Source: Trichosphaerium sp. ATCC 40318
Taxonomy: Eukaryota > Protista > Tubulinea
Direction: 5' to 3'
DNA: 64,000 nt
NCBI GenBank assembly: GCA_038496445.1
Contig: JALMLS010000342.1
Location: 1 to 64,000 of the forward strand
Both the position numbers and the translations under genes were made by a program. The notes under the pieces were generated by a model. The model saw only the letters and a program-made list of their open reading frames with translations. It searched no databases and was not told the DNA's origin. This document shows, in pieces, positions 1-12,512 of the stretch. Every line of letters starts with the position of its first letter. Position 1 is the first letter of the stretch.

Positions 1-2045
1 TTCTATATAACTGTAAGCACTTGGTAGCATAAACAAAGGGTAGGAGGTACCTGTTGTAGATATATCTAATGTATTTTGCTGGAGAAGAAGTCTTTGCTCC
101 TTCTTTACCAAGCAAGTGAAGGATTTTAGATGAGAGGTAAGGATACTCGCAATCCTCAATAAATTCGCACAAATGAGATAATCCTAGATGAGTATAAGTA
201 CTATCTTCACTGTAACGAGCGTACCAGTTTCTTTAGAGTCTGGAATTTCGGCAATTATAATAAGTATTGTGTCAACTATAGCTCTCTTGTATGTGAAACC
301 GCCCTGAGTGTGTCAGTAGTTGAGATCAATGATTTCATGTACCTCATCACGTAGCATATTTGCTAAGAAAGCCATTATACTATAATGCCGTTGTTTGAAT
401 TTAAGAGCCAACGTTCTGATGGCATCAACAACTACAATCTTAAATTCATCTGAAATTTCATTAATAAATGTTGCAATTTGTTTAAGGAGTCTGTCAATGC
501 TACTTTCAGCTTCGACCTGTTAATGGTTGTAAGTATAAGGTTTATACTTTCGATATATAAGAAATTTACTCACCTTTAAGAGTGTTGTAATAGCAAGGGT
601 TGCGATAGATCTGTTTACATCAGAAATAAGATTTTCCATTTCAAAGCTGCATTGTCTATAGTGAATTATTAGCAAGTGAATGAGAGGATTATCACAGTAC
701 CTAGCAACCAAGTGTGGATGAGTTGTGGCGACAGTGTTGAGAGTTCTAACTGCAGCGAATCGTATTGTCGTTTTAGGAGAGCTCAAAAATAACTATAACG
801 TACTTAACAAGAGGTGTACAAATGAATTCAAGAGCACATCATACCTGCAAAACGGTAACAGCTGGAGATAAGTTCCTGACTTCAATGTCTTTTAAGTTGC
901 AAATAGCTCGTGCTGCTTCATACACTACAATCTCACTCTTGTGTCGTAGACAGCTTTCCAAATATTCGTATAATTGAGCGACATGTGGTCTAAACAAAGT
1001 AATTAGCAAAGACCATTCATGAAAACGAACTGCACTTACCCTTGGGTTGAGCTCTCGATAACCTGTACAACAAATCTGATCAATAAGCAGTTGGCAAATT
1101 GCGATCGAATAGAGGTTCCACTATAGATAGTATGAGCAAATAATAACGCTGTGTAATGTTTTTTTCATTCAACCAAAAAAAAAACCAAATAAGTAACAAC
1201 AGCCAAGTACCGAGTTAAAGATGCTACCAATTTTACAATAGCGTGTTTATCTTTTCTGCGTATTCTATGTAGTAATCCCAACGCATGATATTGAACCATT
1301 ACAGATCTATGGGTGAATAAATTAATAAAAAATGTTTCTAATGTGATCACCAACCTAGAGTTCATGGCTTCTTGTACTTCACCAATCCACCGTCTCACCA
1401 CATCACCGCTTGAGCCTAAACATGTCAACAAAGCGCACATACTACCTAGTGTAAGGGGTTGCGAACGCACTCATTAAATGAAAACCAGATACTAAAGCAG
1501 CGCTAGATACGTATGGATCCTTGTCAACTATTGCTTGTTTTAAATACCGCTCAATTTGACCGAGCATGGTAGGCTACGTGAGTGTGAGTGGATAATAAAA
1601 TGAAATGTTGAACTGACGTCAATTATTCTGCTTATGACTCGGATGGCATTTGCCTTGTAGGAATCGACCTTGGAGTTTATATCCTTACAAAGTGACGCGG
1701 TAGCCATGATGGTGTCTTCAGCTATACCCGTCAACTCTTTAAGGACCATGTATACCATCCTGCGAAGTTGTACCTTACTATAGTAAGTAAAACGCGTACT
1801 TTGAAGCGTCGGCGTACATCTTTCGCTTGAAATAGCTTTGTAACGGCGAAAAACACATCTGTGGCTTCCTTGGTAGTGAGAATATTACCTTGGACAATCA
1901 AATACAGTATTTTGGTCAACAGGTGGTAAGATCTCTTGGTTTTTGGTGCATGGCTAAATATCTTCGTTTCTTGCAATACTTGGCCCTTGTCAATGTCTTG
2001 GAGAGGCAAATATTCATTCTCCTCTTGTTTCTTATGGTCGTCCAT
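1..2045 (-). CDS. COPG: Coatomer subunit gamma (5' part; runs off window), multi-exon
   Basis: Spliced translation gives [12 protein letters not shown]|[70 protein letters not shown] and [19 protein letters not shown], all diagnostic of gamma-COP. Confidence 0.95.
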
Positions 2046-2238
2046 GTCTCACGAAATTACAACGTTGCAAATATTAAATTACTAGCCGTGCGTTACACTG
2101 TATTCCAGACACCGAATAATATGGTCGACGTCAGCAAAAAAAACTTGGTAAGTTACACTTAAACGTCAAAAAAAATCTCGTATTAAAACAGTGACAGCAG
2201 TGTACGTCCACGATATATTCCAAGTTAATGGCGGTAGT

Positions 2239-2854
2239 ATGAGCGAAAAATATGCGACTTTAGTTGGTCAAAAAGGCACGTACACTTTAAAAGTGGGTGC
2301 AGAGCATACTGCAAAGCACATGGGGAGTGGTTCTGTTGAAGTAAGCCACTAAAACGCGTTTGACTGTTAAATTATAGCAGGTATTCGCAACACCTATGAT
2401 GGTCTGTGTAATGGAAGGTAATAAGTGCCAAACAATGATTGTAGACTAAAAAAATTTTGAGCTGCCGCTGTTGATTGCCTGTCAAAACATTTAACTGCGG
2501 AAGAAACATCAGTAGGGACAAGTGTCAACACGAAACATTGGGCACCTACACCAGTTGGTTTAACTGTCACCGCCACAGCTACTGTAACAGCTGTAAATGG
2601 TACGTTGTTATTTTTATACGCGTTGCAAAATAAAATCAAAAAAATTATTGTTATTTTGACAACTTATTCAGGACGTAAAATTAGCTTCGACGTTGAGGCT
2701 CATGACGACAAGGAAAAGATCGGTGAAGGTATGTATTGTCGTAATATAAGTTACGCAAAGTGTACTAACATAAGAAAAAACAATAAAAGGCAAGCATGAC
2801 CGTGTAGTACTCGATGAAAAGCGTTTTATGACAAAAGCTAGCCAAAAGAAGTAA
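2239..2854 (+). CDS. Fluoroacetyl-CoA thioesterase (FlK)-like hotdog thioesterase, 4 introns
   Basis: MSEKYATLVGQKGTYTLKVGAEHTAKHMGSGSVE|VFATPMMVCVME|AAAVDCL...SVGTSVNTKHWAPTPVG...DDKEKIGE|GKHDRVVLDEKRF; the FlK Thr/Glu/His triad motifs are present. Confidence 0.88.
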
Positions 2855-2998
2855 AGCGTATTGCTGGTGACACAAAATAAAAAAATTCCTAAAGAGAAGC
2901 TTAAAGACTTTAGTCTAGTTTTAATTAAAAGTGGTCTGTGCGTACACCCCATACATAGTAGTAGCTGAAAACGTTGAAGCGCCAAATTAAGACTAACA

Positions 2999-5900
2999 AT
3001 GTCGAAAGAGTTTTTACTGTACGTTTGTGGTTTTGCGTCTTGAATAGCGCCAATACAATCGCGTTGCGCAAAAGGAAAAGTGTAATTGGTTTTTTTAGTG
3101 CTGGCGTTGCAGGTTTGCAAGGAAGGCGTAAATCGATGGAAGATGCCCACGCTTTGCACCCATCTCTGGTGGAACACTTTAAAGACGGTCATCCCCTGCA
3201 CAAGAAAAGGACCGCTTTCTTTGCAGTATTCGATGGCCACACAGGAGATCGCGCGGCACTGTGCGTTTGTTGTATTATCAAGCTACCTGAAAACAATATT
3301 TGGCGATGTTGTGCTTTGCTATAGCACCCACGCTTTGTAACGTGTCGATTGTTCGAGCCCTCTGATAAATTTAGGTTTGCTGAGAAGCGCTTGATCCAAA
3401 ATATTGTCAAAATGGTGCGATGACATATACACTCGCACCTTTACGCGAACTAATCGTGTATAGGACGATTTGGAAGTAAACACATCTCGAAAGTTGCGTG
3501 ACGCATTAGTTGCCACTGATCAGCAATTCCTCTCCTCATTTCGAGACGAAGAAGAGGTAGAAGATGGCTGTACAGCGATTTCTGTATTCATGATAGGTGC
3601 GTCACCACTGTAACTTATCATTCCTAGCGTTACTAACACTTCACTAGATAATGTACTATATACCATCAATTTAGGAGATTCTCGAGCGATTTTATCTCGT
3701 AACGGTGAGGCAATAGACCTTAGTGTAGACCAGAAACCAAGTGCAGAGTTTGAATCAAAGCGAATCATAAAAGAAGGTTTGTATTGTTATAGCACACCGT
3801 TAATAGGTAATGAATGCTTAATTGCGGCGTAGGTGGTTTTGTTACCAAAAGTGGAAGAGTTTTGGGATTACTGGGCGTTTCTCGTTCCTTGGGCGACGCA
3901 TTTTTCAAGAACAAAGATTTAAATAAGTAAGTAGCTTTACTCGTTACAAGCTGTGGTAATAATGGCGTAGAGCATCAAACTGTCTTGTTAGCAGCGAACC
4001 TGTAGTTCAAAGGCGTTATTTATCGAACAAGTACGTTATATTTAGTTTATACTTGTTCTAATCGCCCTGTGCGTAGGGATGAATTTATATTGCTTGCATG
4101 TGATGGCGTTTGGGATGTTTTATCAAGTCAGCAAGCAAGGGATTTTGTTGCTAAGAAATTGCCAAAATTGGCTTCAGGATCAACGCTTGATGACATTGCA
4201 ATGGTTAGAGTTTTTGCAGTTCTTTACGTGTATTTGTTTATATTAAACTATGTTTGCAGGAACTAGCTGATCATGCTATTAATGAAGGTAGTACCGACAA
4301 CGTCAGTGCAATTATAGGTATGCTTGTCTATTTAATACAACAAATTGTTGCAATTGCTTACAAGTTTATTAGTACTGTTTAATGGCAAGATAAATCCTGG
4401 TGGCGATGCAGGTGTAGATATTGAGGTACAATAGAGAGTATTAGTGTAATAATACTTGCTGACACAGTGGCATTAGAATGTTGTTAACGAAGATTACGCT
4501 GTGTTATTGGAAAAAAAAGAAGAAGAAGAGGCACAATTAAACTCAGTCGAAACTATTATTTTTAACATCTACTGTAGCCAGTCGCGCCAGAACCGAAACC
4601 TGCAAAACGGCGACGAAACAGGAAATTTGAACAATCGAGTTCGTCAGAAGAAAATCGTAGCACTTCAAAGCGCAACAATGGCAGTACGCCTCGTAATAAA
4701 GTCAGGGTATGAAGATAATATTTGTTTAATGGTGATACTTAATATCTTTTGTGTAGGATGCTACATCCCCAAGAAGTAGTCGTACCAAAGCGAGACATGC
4801 ATCTAGTAGATCAGTATCCAAATCTTCAACAAAGTCGAGCAGTGGGTTGTATACAAAGCTGAGCTCTAATAGTTCAGCAGCATCTACTGATAGACGTGAT
4901 GAACCTCTTGGTAATGATTACACTGTGACTATGCTCACGAAAAAGTTATTAAGCACTGGTGGAAGTGGTGAGTTTGTGAACGTTTCTTTTTTTTCTATTT
5001 GTTTGTTGTGGCTAATTTTATTCACTTACAGGCGGCTCTTTTGAAAAGGGTTTTCTGCTGACATACAAGTATTTTATGACGAAGCAAACACTGTTTCGTG
5101 AAGTTCGTGAACAACTTCTAGAGGATGCAGAAAGACCGAATAAGAAAAGGTTGCAGTCTATATTGCAATCCTGGGTGAGATATCGTGCTCACGATGTTGT
5201 ACTTGATGATGAGTTTGTTGTTCTTTGGAGAGATTTATTGGAGGACTTAGATAATGGTGGACGTTCACGTATTTCAAAGTGGACAAAGCTTATGAAAGAA
5301 AAAATTGACACATTCGTACGTTGTATTTGCATGCCTAGCAAAAGTAAATTAATGACATTTTCTTTTCTAGTCTGAAAAGCTCACAAAAGCCTTGGTACAA
5401 GGTGGAACGAACTCTAAATTATTTAAGTTCTATAGAGTCGAGTTTAATTTTGCAACTGTTAACCTACTTGATATGGCCTGTACGCTTCCTGTTTTTTTAT
5501 GAAATTTATTTTTATTGTTTTTATTTATCTGTTTTGTTATTGTACTTAATTTTTTATAGCTCAAATGACGTTAATTGATATGTATTTATTACGGAGAACA
5601 CCTCTAATACAATTTTCTACTGAAATATCAAAAGGAAGTGACAGACTTAAAAAATTGCGTGCTCGGTTTGGTCAGGTGAGTGTTTCCTTAATATATATTT
5701 TATAGTGTTAAAAAGGTACTAATTCAACGCTGCAGGTCAGTGGTTGGGTGACAAGTGAAGTTCTCAAGCAAGACAAACCTAAAGTTCAATGTCAACGGAT
5801 AACAAGTTTCATTCACTTAATGCAGGTACGACGATTTTGCTAAATTTGTCAATGGTTTAATTTAAATGTAGGCTCTGCGTAGACAGAATAATTTTGAAGG

Positions 5901-7154
5901 TTTAACGCAGGTTCAGCATGGTTTACAACATCCAAGTGTATTGGATTTGAAGAAAGCCTGGAAGGTATGTTTCGAAACATTTTATCTTTTACTTGGGTTT
6001 TTATGTCTGATTGTACTAATCTTTTTCAAGGGTGTTGACGCTCATTTTAAGCAACTATGGACTGAAATGTCAACGTTGACTGGTGCTCTTGGACTATTTG
6101 TGAATTACACAAATGGATCATTGTTTGAGCGAGGTGTTGTTTATATTCCGTACCATGGTAAGCCCCTTAAAAAAAATACCACGAAATCATTTATTAATGT
6201 TTTTTTTCCCTTTTGTTTAGAAGCGCTTATTTCAGAAATTGATATCATCGAAAAGAAATCACAAACTATTGTGATAAAAGACGAAATGTGTATAAATTGG
6301 ACAAAAATGGAGGAACTTTCTGAAATATATAGTCAGATATCTACTTTGCAGCGTGTTTCACTAGATGTCCAAGCTGATCCTAGCTTATTATTGTTCCTAT
6401 TGAACATGCCAAGTAATCCAAATATCGCAAAGGCTGCACGTGGTAAAATGCCGGTACGAAACAAATTTTTTTTTCTGAAAGATTCGAATTATTATTTTTG
6501 TTTTTTCTTGAACATGTTCTTGTTTTTTGTAATTTGGCGCAAACTTGATTTTATTGCACACATACAAAACAATGATAGAAAACATGGTTTAAGACCTGTG
6601 TTGTCGTTAAATTTTTCTTGTTTTATTGTGAAACGAGTTTGAGGATTTATGGGTTCTATTTGTAGGGATCTGATTCTAGTGTTACACTTCCAAAGGCTAA
6701 AAAGAAGAAATCATCAAAATTCAAGAGTGATTCTCCTCGTAAAGAAAAGAAAAAAGATAATTCACCAAAGTTTGATGATATTAAGACATCAGAAGGTGTT
6801 TTCTTGAAGTTTAAACAATTTTTGACAAAGATTAATAAGGAGGAACAGTTAATGTTTTATTCAAGCATTATAACTTATCAACAAATGGATTTTGCACAAC
6901 AAGATAGAGTAAAGAAAAAAGGATTGAAAATTTTTCAGAGATATATTGATCATTTGGATGACTCTGATAATGAAGATGATGGATTCTTTCAATTTGATAC
7001 AAGCGCTAAGATGCCTATTACAGATTCTACTCTTCAAAAGCTCAAGAAAGAAGTTTCTGCTGAAAATTTTTCTCGAAATTTATTTTCAAAAGCAGAGCTT
7101 GAAATGGAGGCTTCTCTTAGAGTGTCGTTCAAAGATTTCTTGAAAAAGAAATAG
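2999..7154 (+). CDS. PP2C phosphatase - RasGEF(N + CDC25) - RGS multidomain protein
   Basis: PP2C motifs QGRRKSMEDAH, AVFDGHTG, NLGDSRA, LGVSRSLGD, LACDGVWDV and GSTDNVS; low-complexity Ser/Arg linker joined in frame; RasGEF motifs QMTLID, VSGWVTSEV, RQNNFEGL and LKKAWK; C-terminal RGS-like FKQFLTKINKEEQLMFY...KIFQRYI...SFKDFLK. Confidence 0.8.
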
Positions 7155-7576
7155 ATGAAAAAAGCAAGAAAAAAAAGATGAAAAAAAAAGAACAAAGGAA
7201 GCCGTAGGTTTTTTAACGGGATTGTACAATAAAAATTATACCAACATATATTTTTTTTCTGTATTTTTTACCTTTGTAGTCTGTAGCAGAGAGACAATGG
7301 TGTCCGCGATGAGTACACCTACGCAAAGTTGAGAGGTATCCGTTGTATGGGAGCACGAAAACATGAGTGCATGCCCTCCAGCAGAAGAAAGACCTTATCT
7401 ACGTTCGAATCCGTTAAGTACGAAAACTTGATTCTTTTTTTACCATACAGAACTCCGCTAGTTCAATACCAAAAAACAAATACTTGCGCCTTGCTGTACA
7501 TCAACTTGTTCGTAGACTATTTTCAAATGATTTTTACTTTTACATCACGTGTTGAGCACGTGGGACAACATTAAAT

Positions 7577-8667
7577 TTACCAACCGTATTTTCCCCAGCT
7601 AATTATAGTTATTAGAAAAAATACCGAGTACCTATAACACTTGACGCACGTTTGTCTCTTTGTTTGGATACCACTTGCTCTTCGTTGGTCGAGTTCTGGT
7701 TGTCTTGCTCTTGCATCTGCAGCAAGAGCTGTAAGTGAACCATAACGCTTTATCATTTTGTTTTTCTGACTGCCAACTGCAAATACGCCCTGATTGGATT
7801 TGTTAATTTTATTTGCTTAAATTACTTTAGTTAGTTTAGTTGGTTTAGTACCTTTGGGACATAACTTCCTTTGTTATCCATGTTATTGATACGCCAATTT
7901 GGATCTAATCTACTGTTGGCGTCAACTGTTTGCAACATTGAGTCGTCAATGCCCATAAATTCTCTAGGCGGAAGCTATAACAGTTAAAATAAAGTTACAA
8001 AAAAATGAAACACGTGTACATTGCCGTTACTGGCTTGGACAGCCCTTTGCCTTTGTGCCTCGTACTGAGCATATTGTGCATATTGATCATATTGTGCTTG
8101 GTTATAAGAAGGTTGTGCACCAGTTAGATGAGGTGGTTTAGAAGGGCCAACAGAGGCACCAGAGTTAAGATGTGGTGGTTTAGCAGGACCAACAGAAGCC
8201 TGAGCTGCCAAATGAGGGGGTTTAGCAGGGCCTACAGAAGCCCCAGAGGCGGCTGGGCCAACGTCTGTTCCGAGTTCAGGTCCGAGATTTGGTTTGCGAA
8301 GACCTGTCGGTTTACTTGGTTGTTGTACTTCGTCTGGAATGGATGTAGTCGCGTTGGCCTCATCCTCGTCTTCTTTGGAGTAAAACTTGCTTTCTTTCTT
8401 CTTTGATGGGTTTTTAGGCGCAGGGAGCATAGAGAGGAGAGATGTCTTTGCTTTTTTTGATGGGCGTTTCGCTACTTCAGTATGGAATTCGTCAGAGGCT
8501 TCATGAAGTGCCTTTCTATTGCGTATAGGCACTTGGAAGGTAACTTTTTGCTTTGTATCGCTAATTTCATCTATTTTCCGCTTCGACTTCGGTTTGGCGG
8601 TTTTTGGCTCCGGTGGTGCGACTGTTATTTCTTCCTCTTCTTCAGATGAATAATTAGCCACCAACAT
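7577..8667 (-). CDS. PRCC-like proline-rich protein (splicing/mitotic checkpoint associated)
   Basis: N-terminal MLVANYSSEEE, SLLSMLPAPK, Pro-rich repeats (ASVGPAKPPHL x3) and C-terminal GSLTALAADA...KRQT|WGKYGW*, resembling the PRCC C-terminal KYGF motif. Confidence 0.75.
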
Positions 8668-8868
8668 TACAAATTTAACTAATTAGACCCTAATTGCGCT
8701 TTTTTTTTTATGATTTCCTATTTGTGACAGCTGCGAAGAGCTGTTGCTGTATTTTTTGCTTACAATTCAGTGACTAAGTTAAGCCGCGCTCCGCAAAAAA
8801 CTCAAGGCGCCAATTCTGTACCACCAGTTTGACACTCTAAACATCGCCTCTAATCCACATTACGCGCA

Positions 8869-10570
8869 ATGCCTCCAAAGCGAAAGCGAAAGCCTGATTC
8901 ACCCACTGCTGCTAAACCTCCTTCCAAGAAGGCGAAGCCAAGTCCACCACAATACGAAAGCAGTGACAGCAGCGATGATGAGAGTGGTTCTATCATAGAT
9001 AGTTCTGACTCAGAGAAAGAAGTGTGCCAATACGACGCTAAATGTTACAGGTGGGTTTAATACACTATTGACAACACTTAACTGACAATACAGTCTTGTG
9101 GCTTTTACAAGTTAAAAAAAAACGTTAAACTCTATGTAGGAAAAACCCACAGCACTACGCACTCCTTAGACATCCACAAAAGAAAAGACAAGAGTATTTG
9201 GCAATAAAACGAGGCGAGCTAGAACCCTCTAAGGCTTTCTTTGCGCGAAACAGAGACGTAACACCAGGAAAAGTAAGCCCAAAAGCCAAGAAAAAGAAAT
9301 CAAAAGCAAAAACAAAAAAAACGAAAAAAATTGTTGTCAAGAAAAAGAAAAAGCCACCATTGTTGAGAAGAGCCTCGTCAAGTAGTATACGTAACACCAT
9401 GTCATCAGATGACCTACATCAGGTGACACTATAATTCGACTTGATGATTGATTACTTACTGGTGACCCTTAGAAAACGCGTCCAGAGTTAGGAACGTATA
9501 AAACAATGCTGCAGTTCTGTTTGCATGGCAACAAACTAGCTGCAACAGACAAACGTAAACTGCGTATTTTTAGAAGAGAAAACGAAGTCACAGACGCAGA
9601 ACACGAGCAATTACTCGGTCAGTTTGGCTGGACACCTGATGAGTTTGCGGATGGTGAGAAACAAGAGATAGAGTGTGATTTAGATGAAGAAAGAGAGGTT
9701 TTAAATGATCCTAATGGTTTCAGAGTTATTACAATAAAAAAGGTAAGTGCTACTCTTTATATCCATTGTACAACGCCCTTACCTTGTTATTTAAGAGTCA
9801 AAATATGTCAAACGAGGAAGAGACTGTATGGAGTAGAGCTAGTGCTAAATTTTATCAGACAATGTCTAAAGCACAAGGAAACTATGAACTTACAGAACTT
9901 GGTGTTATTGTAAACACCAGATTAAAAGCTCAATATGATGCTCTTTTACAAAAATATAGTGCAAACGGAGGTGATGAGAGAACACAAGAGCAATGGGGAT
10001 TCCATGGATCATCTCCAGGTATAGTATTAACCCTTTTTTTCGGTTAATATTAACTACTTTGTTTTATCAAGATTGTATACTAAGTATTGCTAAAACTGGG
10101 TTTCTTCACCCTGATAAGCTAAAGAAAAAAAAGTCAAAGGTTGAGCAGCTCGATGATGGATACTTTGGCAAGGGTATTTATTTTTCTGTACGTTGTTTTG
10201 CTTGTGTACAATAGTGTCATGTCAAACGAAGTACTAACTTTTTTGTTGTTTATAGTTGTATTCTGATTACGCCATGTGGTACAGTGAAGAGCGTGAAAGC
10301 GACCAGATTCTATTGAGTAAACTGGCAGCTGGTAAAACGTTTCAGTGTACTGGGCGGATGGATGGACAAGATAAACAACCTGGTTTTGATTCACATTACA
10401 GTCCAAGTGCGTTTTCCAAATACCGTTATTTTTTTTGTTTACCAAAGTAATTCTAATATGGTTGTGTAGAGGGCAATGAAATTATTCTATTCGAGACTGA
10501 ACAGATTTTGCCTCGATTTATACTTACTTTCAGGGAGAGAGAAGCTAAAGAACGTGAACAGGAAGATTAG
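8869..10570 (+). CDS. PBZ zinc-finger + PARP-like ADP-ribosyltransferase catalytic domain protein
   Basis: PBZ CQYDAKCYR|KNPQHYALLRH; catalytic motifs WGFHGS, GYFGKGIYFS, LLSKLAAG and GFDSHYSP|KGNEIILFETEQILPRFIL. Confidence 0.85.
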
Positions 10571-10670
10571 CATCCTGATATAAGCAAGAAACTAGATGTA
10601 CAAAACTTAAAAACAAAAGTCAAGTAAAAGGATTGTCTTTTATTGCTCACAAATCACATCACTTTTTTAA

Positions 10671-11549
10671 TCATTTTTTAAGAGCTTCTAGGATCAATTG
10701 CTTCGTCAGTGACTTTGTTAGACCAGTCACAGTCGATTGTTCTCCTTCCAGTTTGCTAGTAGAGCAAAATCAGTACAACTTTTTAGCTATCAAATACGTG
10801 TTATTGAAATTGAAATGAGACTCACCCAAGGCATTCTGGCATGTGTTCGATACAGAAACTTCCACAACATGTCATTATGTCTCCTTGTTTAATGAGGTAG
10901 TCTATTTTCTCTTCTGGTATATTAGAAAAGTGTTGTGTTGCCGTTGCGAAGCCATCAACTCTCTTTCCTTTGTTAAGATTATTAGTTAAAAGTAGACGAT
11001 ATATTTTGTGCCTGTGGTAAGATTGACAACGGCTATGCCCACTACACATACTGCTGGGTGCTCTCTGTACGAGCGTAGAAATTCTCTGGCTTGTGCGGCA
11101 TCCACTGGTTTCTCTAAGATTGAGATTTAGATAGTATTCATTGTGTGTCCGTTTCGTACCCCGTATTGTATCTTTGAAGGCAATCACCTAAACAACGTAA
11201 GAAACACAAACTCGCAGCTTTTTGAAGTGCCTGATCGGAGCAAATCAGGATGGTTTCTTTCTCAGGGTCCGCTTTGAGCTAGTTCAATAGTGAGATGTAT
11301 AATACAGTGTTTTTGGTACCTGCTTGACTAATTCGTCTGCTTTTGCATTAGCGATCATAACAGTCAGCACTTTAGCATCAGGGTGCCTAATACCTGCGCT
11401 AGATAAGTATTGCTACGCAAACTGCACAAAACGACAGTACTTTTTTCATCAATATCAGGTGATTCTTGAGTGAATGTGATGCCCATCTCGGTGAGTACGT
11501 TGGCGCGCCATTTTGAACCGCTTCCTAAGATTATTTTTGCTTTGTCCAT
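10671..11549 (-). CDS. Maf-family nucleoside triphosphate pyrophosphatase
   Basis: IILGSGSKWRANVL, PDIDEK, IANAKA, LICSDQ|V, IR|EKP, CCGSFCIE and EGEQSTVTGL. Confidence 0.92.
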
Positions 11550-12512
11550 GTTACAAGTTTGTCAGAATGTTGAAAAGTCATTTAAGTTTCTTGTGTACGG
11601 TCCGGTCCATTGAAAAAGCGAAACTGAAGCCGGTACACAAAGGTGTTTCTATTATTTGAACGTTTTGTTCTGGGCAGAGCCCAATATAGGTTGAAGCGGG
11701 GAAGGTAGAGATTTGTGGCTTCCAACACGAGATATGGATACTGAGGACATGCTTCGCTCAAAAGCTTCAAAACAATCTCACCTAATAACAAACACAGCGA
11801 AGTGTCATGGATTTCAGATTACCCAAGAACCGGCGGAAACTCACTCCTTGTGGGTACAAGGGTTTAATATCACGTGATGGTCTCAAAGTCTTTCAAATCG
11901 ACTAACAGGACGTCAAATCCTCTCAAACAACCACATTCATACTAACTTTTTCAGGCCAACTCAAACTCAAACAAACGCCGCACTACGAGCACACCTATGG
12001 TAACAGCTGATGCAACTGCATTCATCACAGCGTGTCATCGACAGTATCTCATACTAACGACAAAAACTGTTGTTGGAACTCTACTTGGATTTTTGAAACT
12101 GCTTTTACCACAAACTCTTTTGAGCCTTCCTTTTTTTTTCAGACGACGATTTTGTTTCACCTACGTTTGTCCTGGTGAGGGAGTATCTGTCAGGCTCTGT
12201 ACATGCCTTAAGTGTAAATGCTAAGTTAGCATAATAAACAGTTTCCAACTAAATCCTACTTTGTACCCTCATATAAAGTCGGAATCTTGTCCCTTAGCGA
12301 AGTGATGTACCCGATAGAAAGCGAACAGGGCTTTCCACTTGCGTTTTCGAGCCTACTTACGAGCTGCACGTGACGAAAAAGAGCCAGGATTTTTGTTATG
12401 TTAGATCACTAGGAGCCGTGACTACATTCTTGTAGTACGTCATAGCCATGTTTGCGTTTGACTGCGACTGGTGTTGACGTAGGTTTTTTATCGGCTATAT
12501 GCAGTTCGCAAG

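Noticed and set aside
2668-3240. 190-aa minus-strand ORF and other long antisense ORFs (e.g. 50085-50618, 61064-61552)
   Set aside because: Shadow frames opposite well-supported genes
7230-7530. Possible tiny spliced gene on the minus strand
   Set aside because: Splice-like signals exist, but there is no coherent start and no recognisable product
12115-12345. RNase P/MRP-like GGAAAGCCC ... GGCTCA motifs on the minus strand
   Set aside because: P4 pairing is too poor and the other conserved regions are not visible
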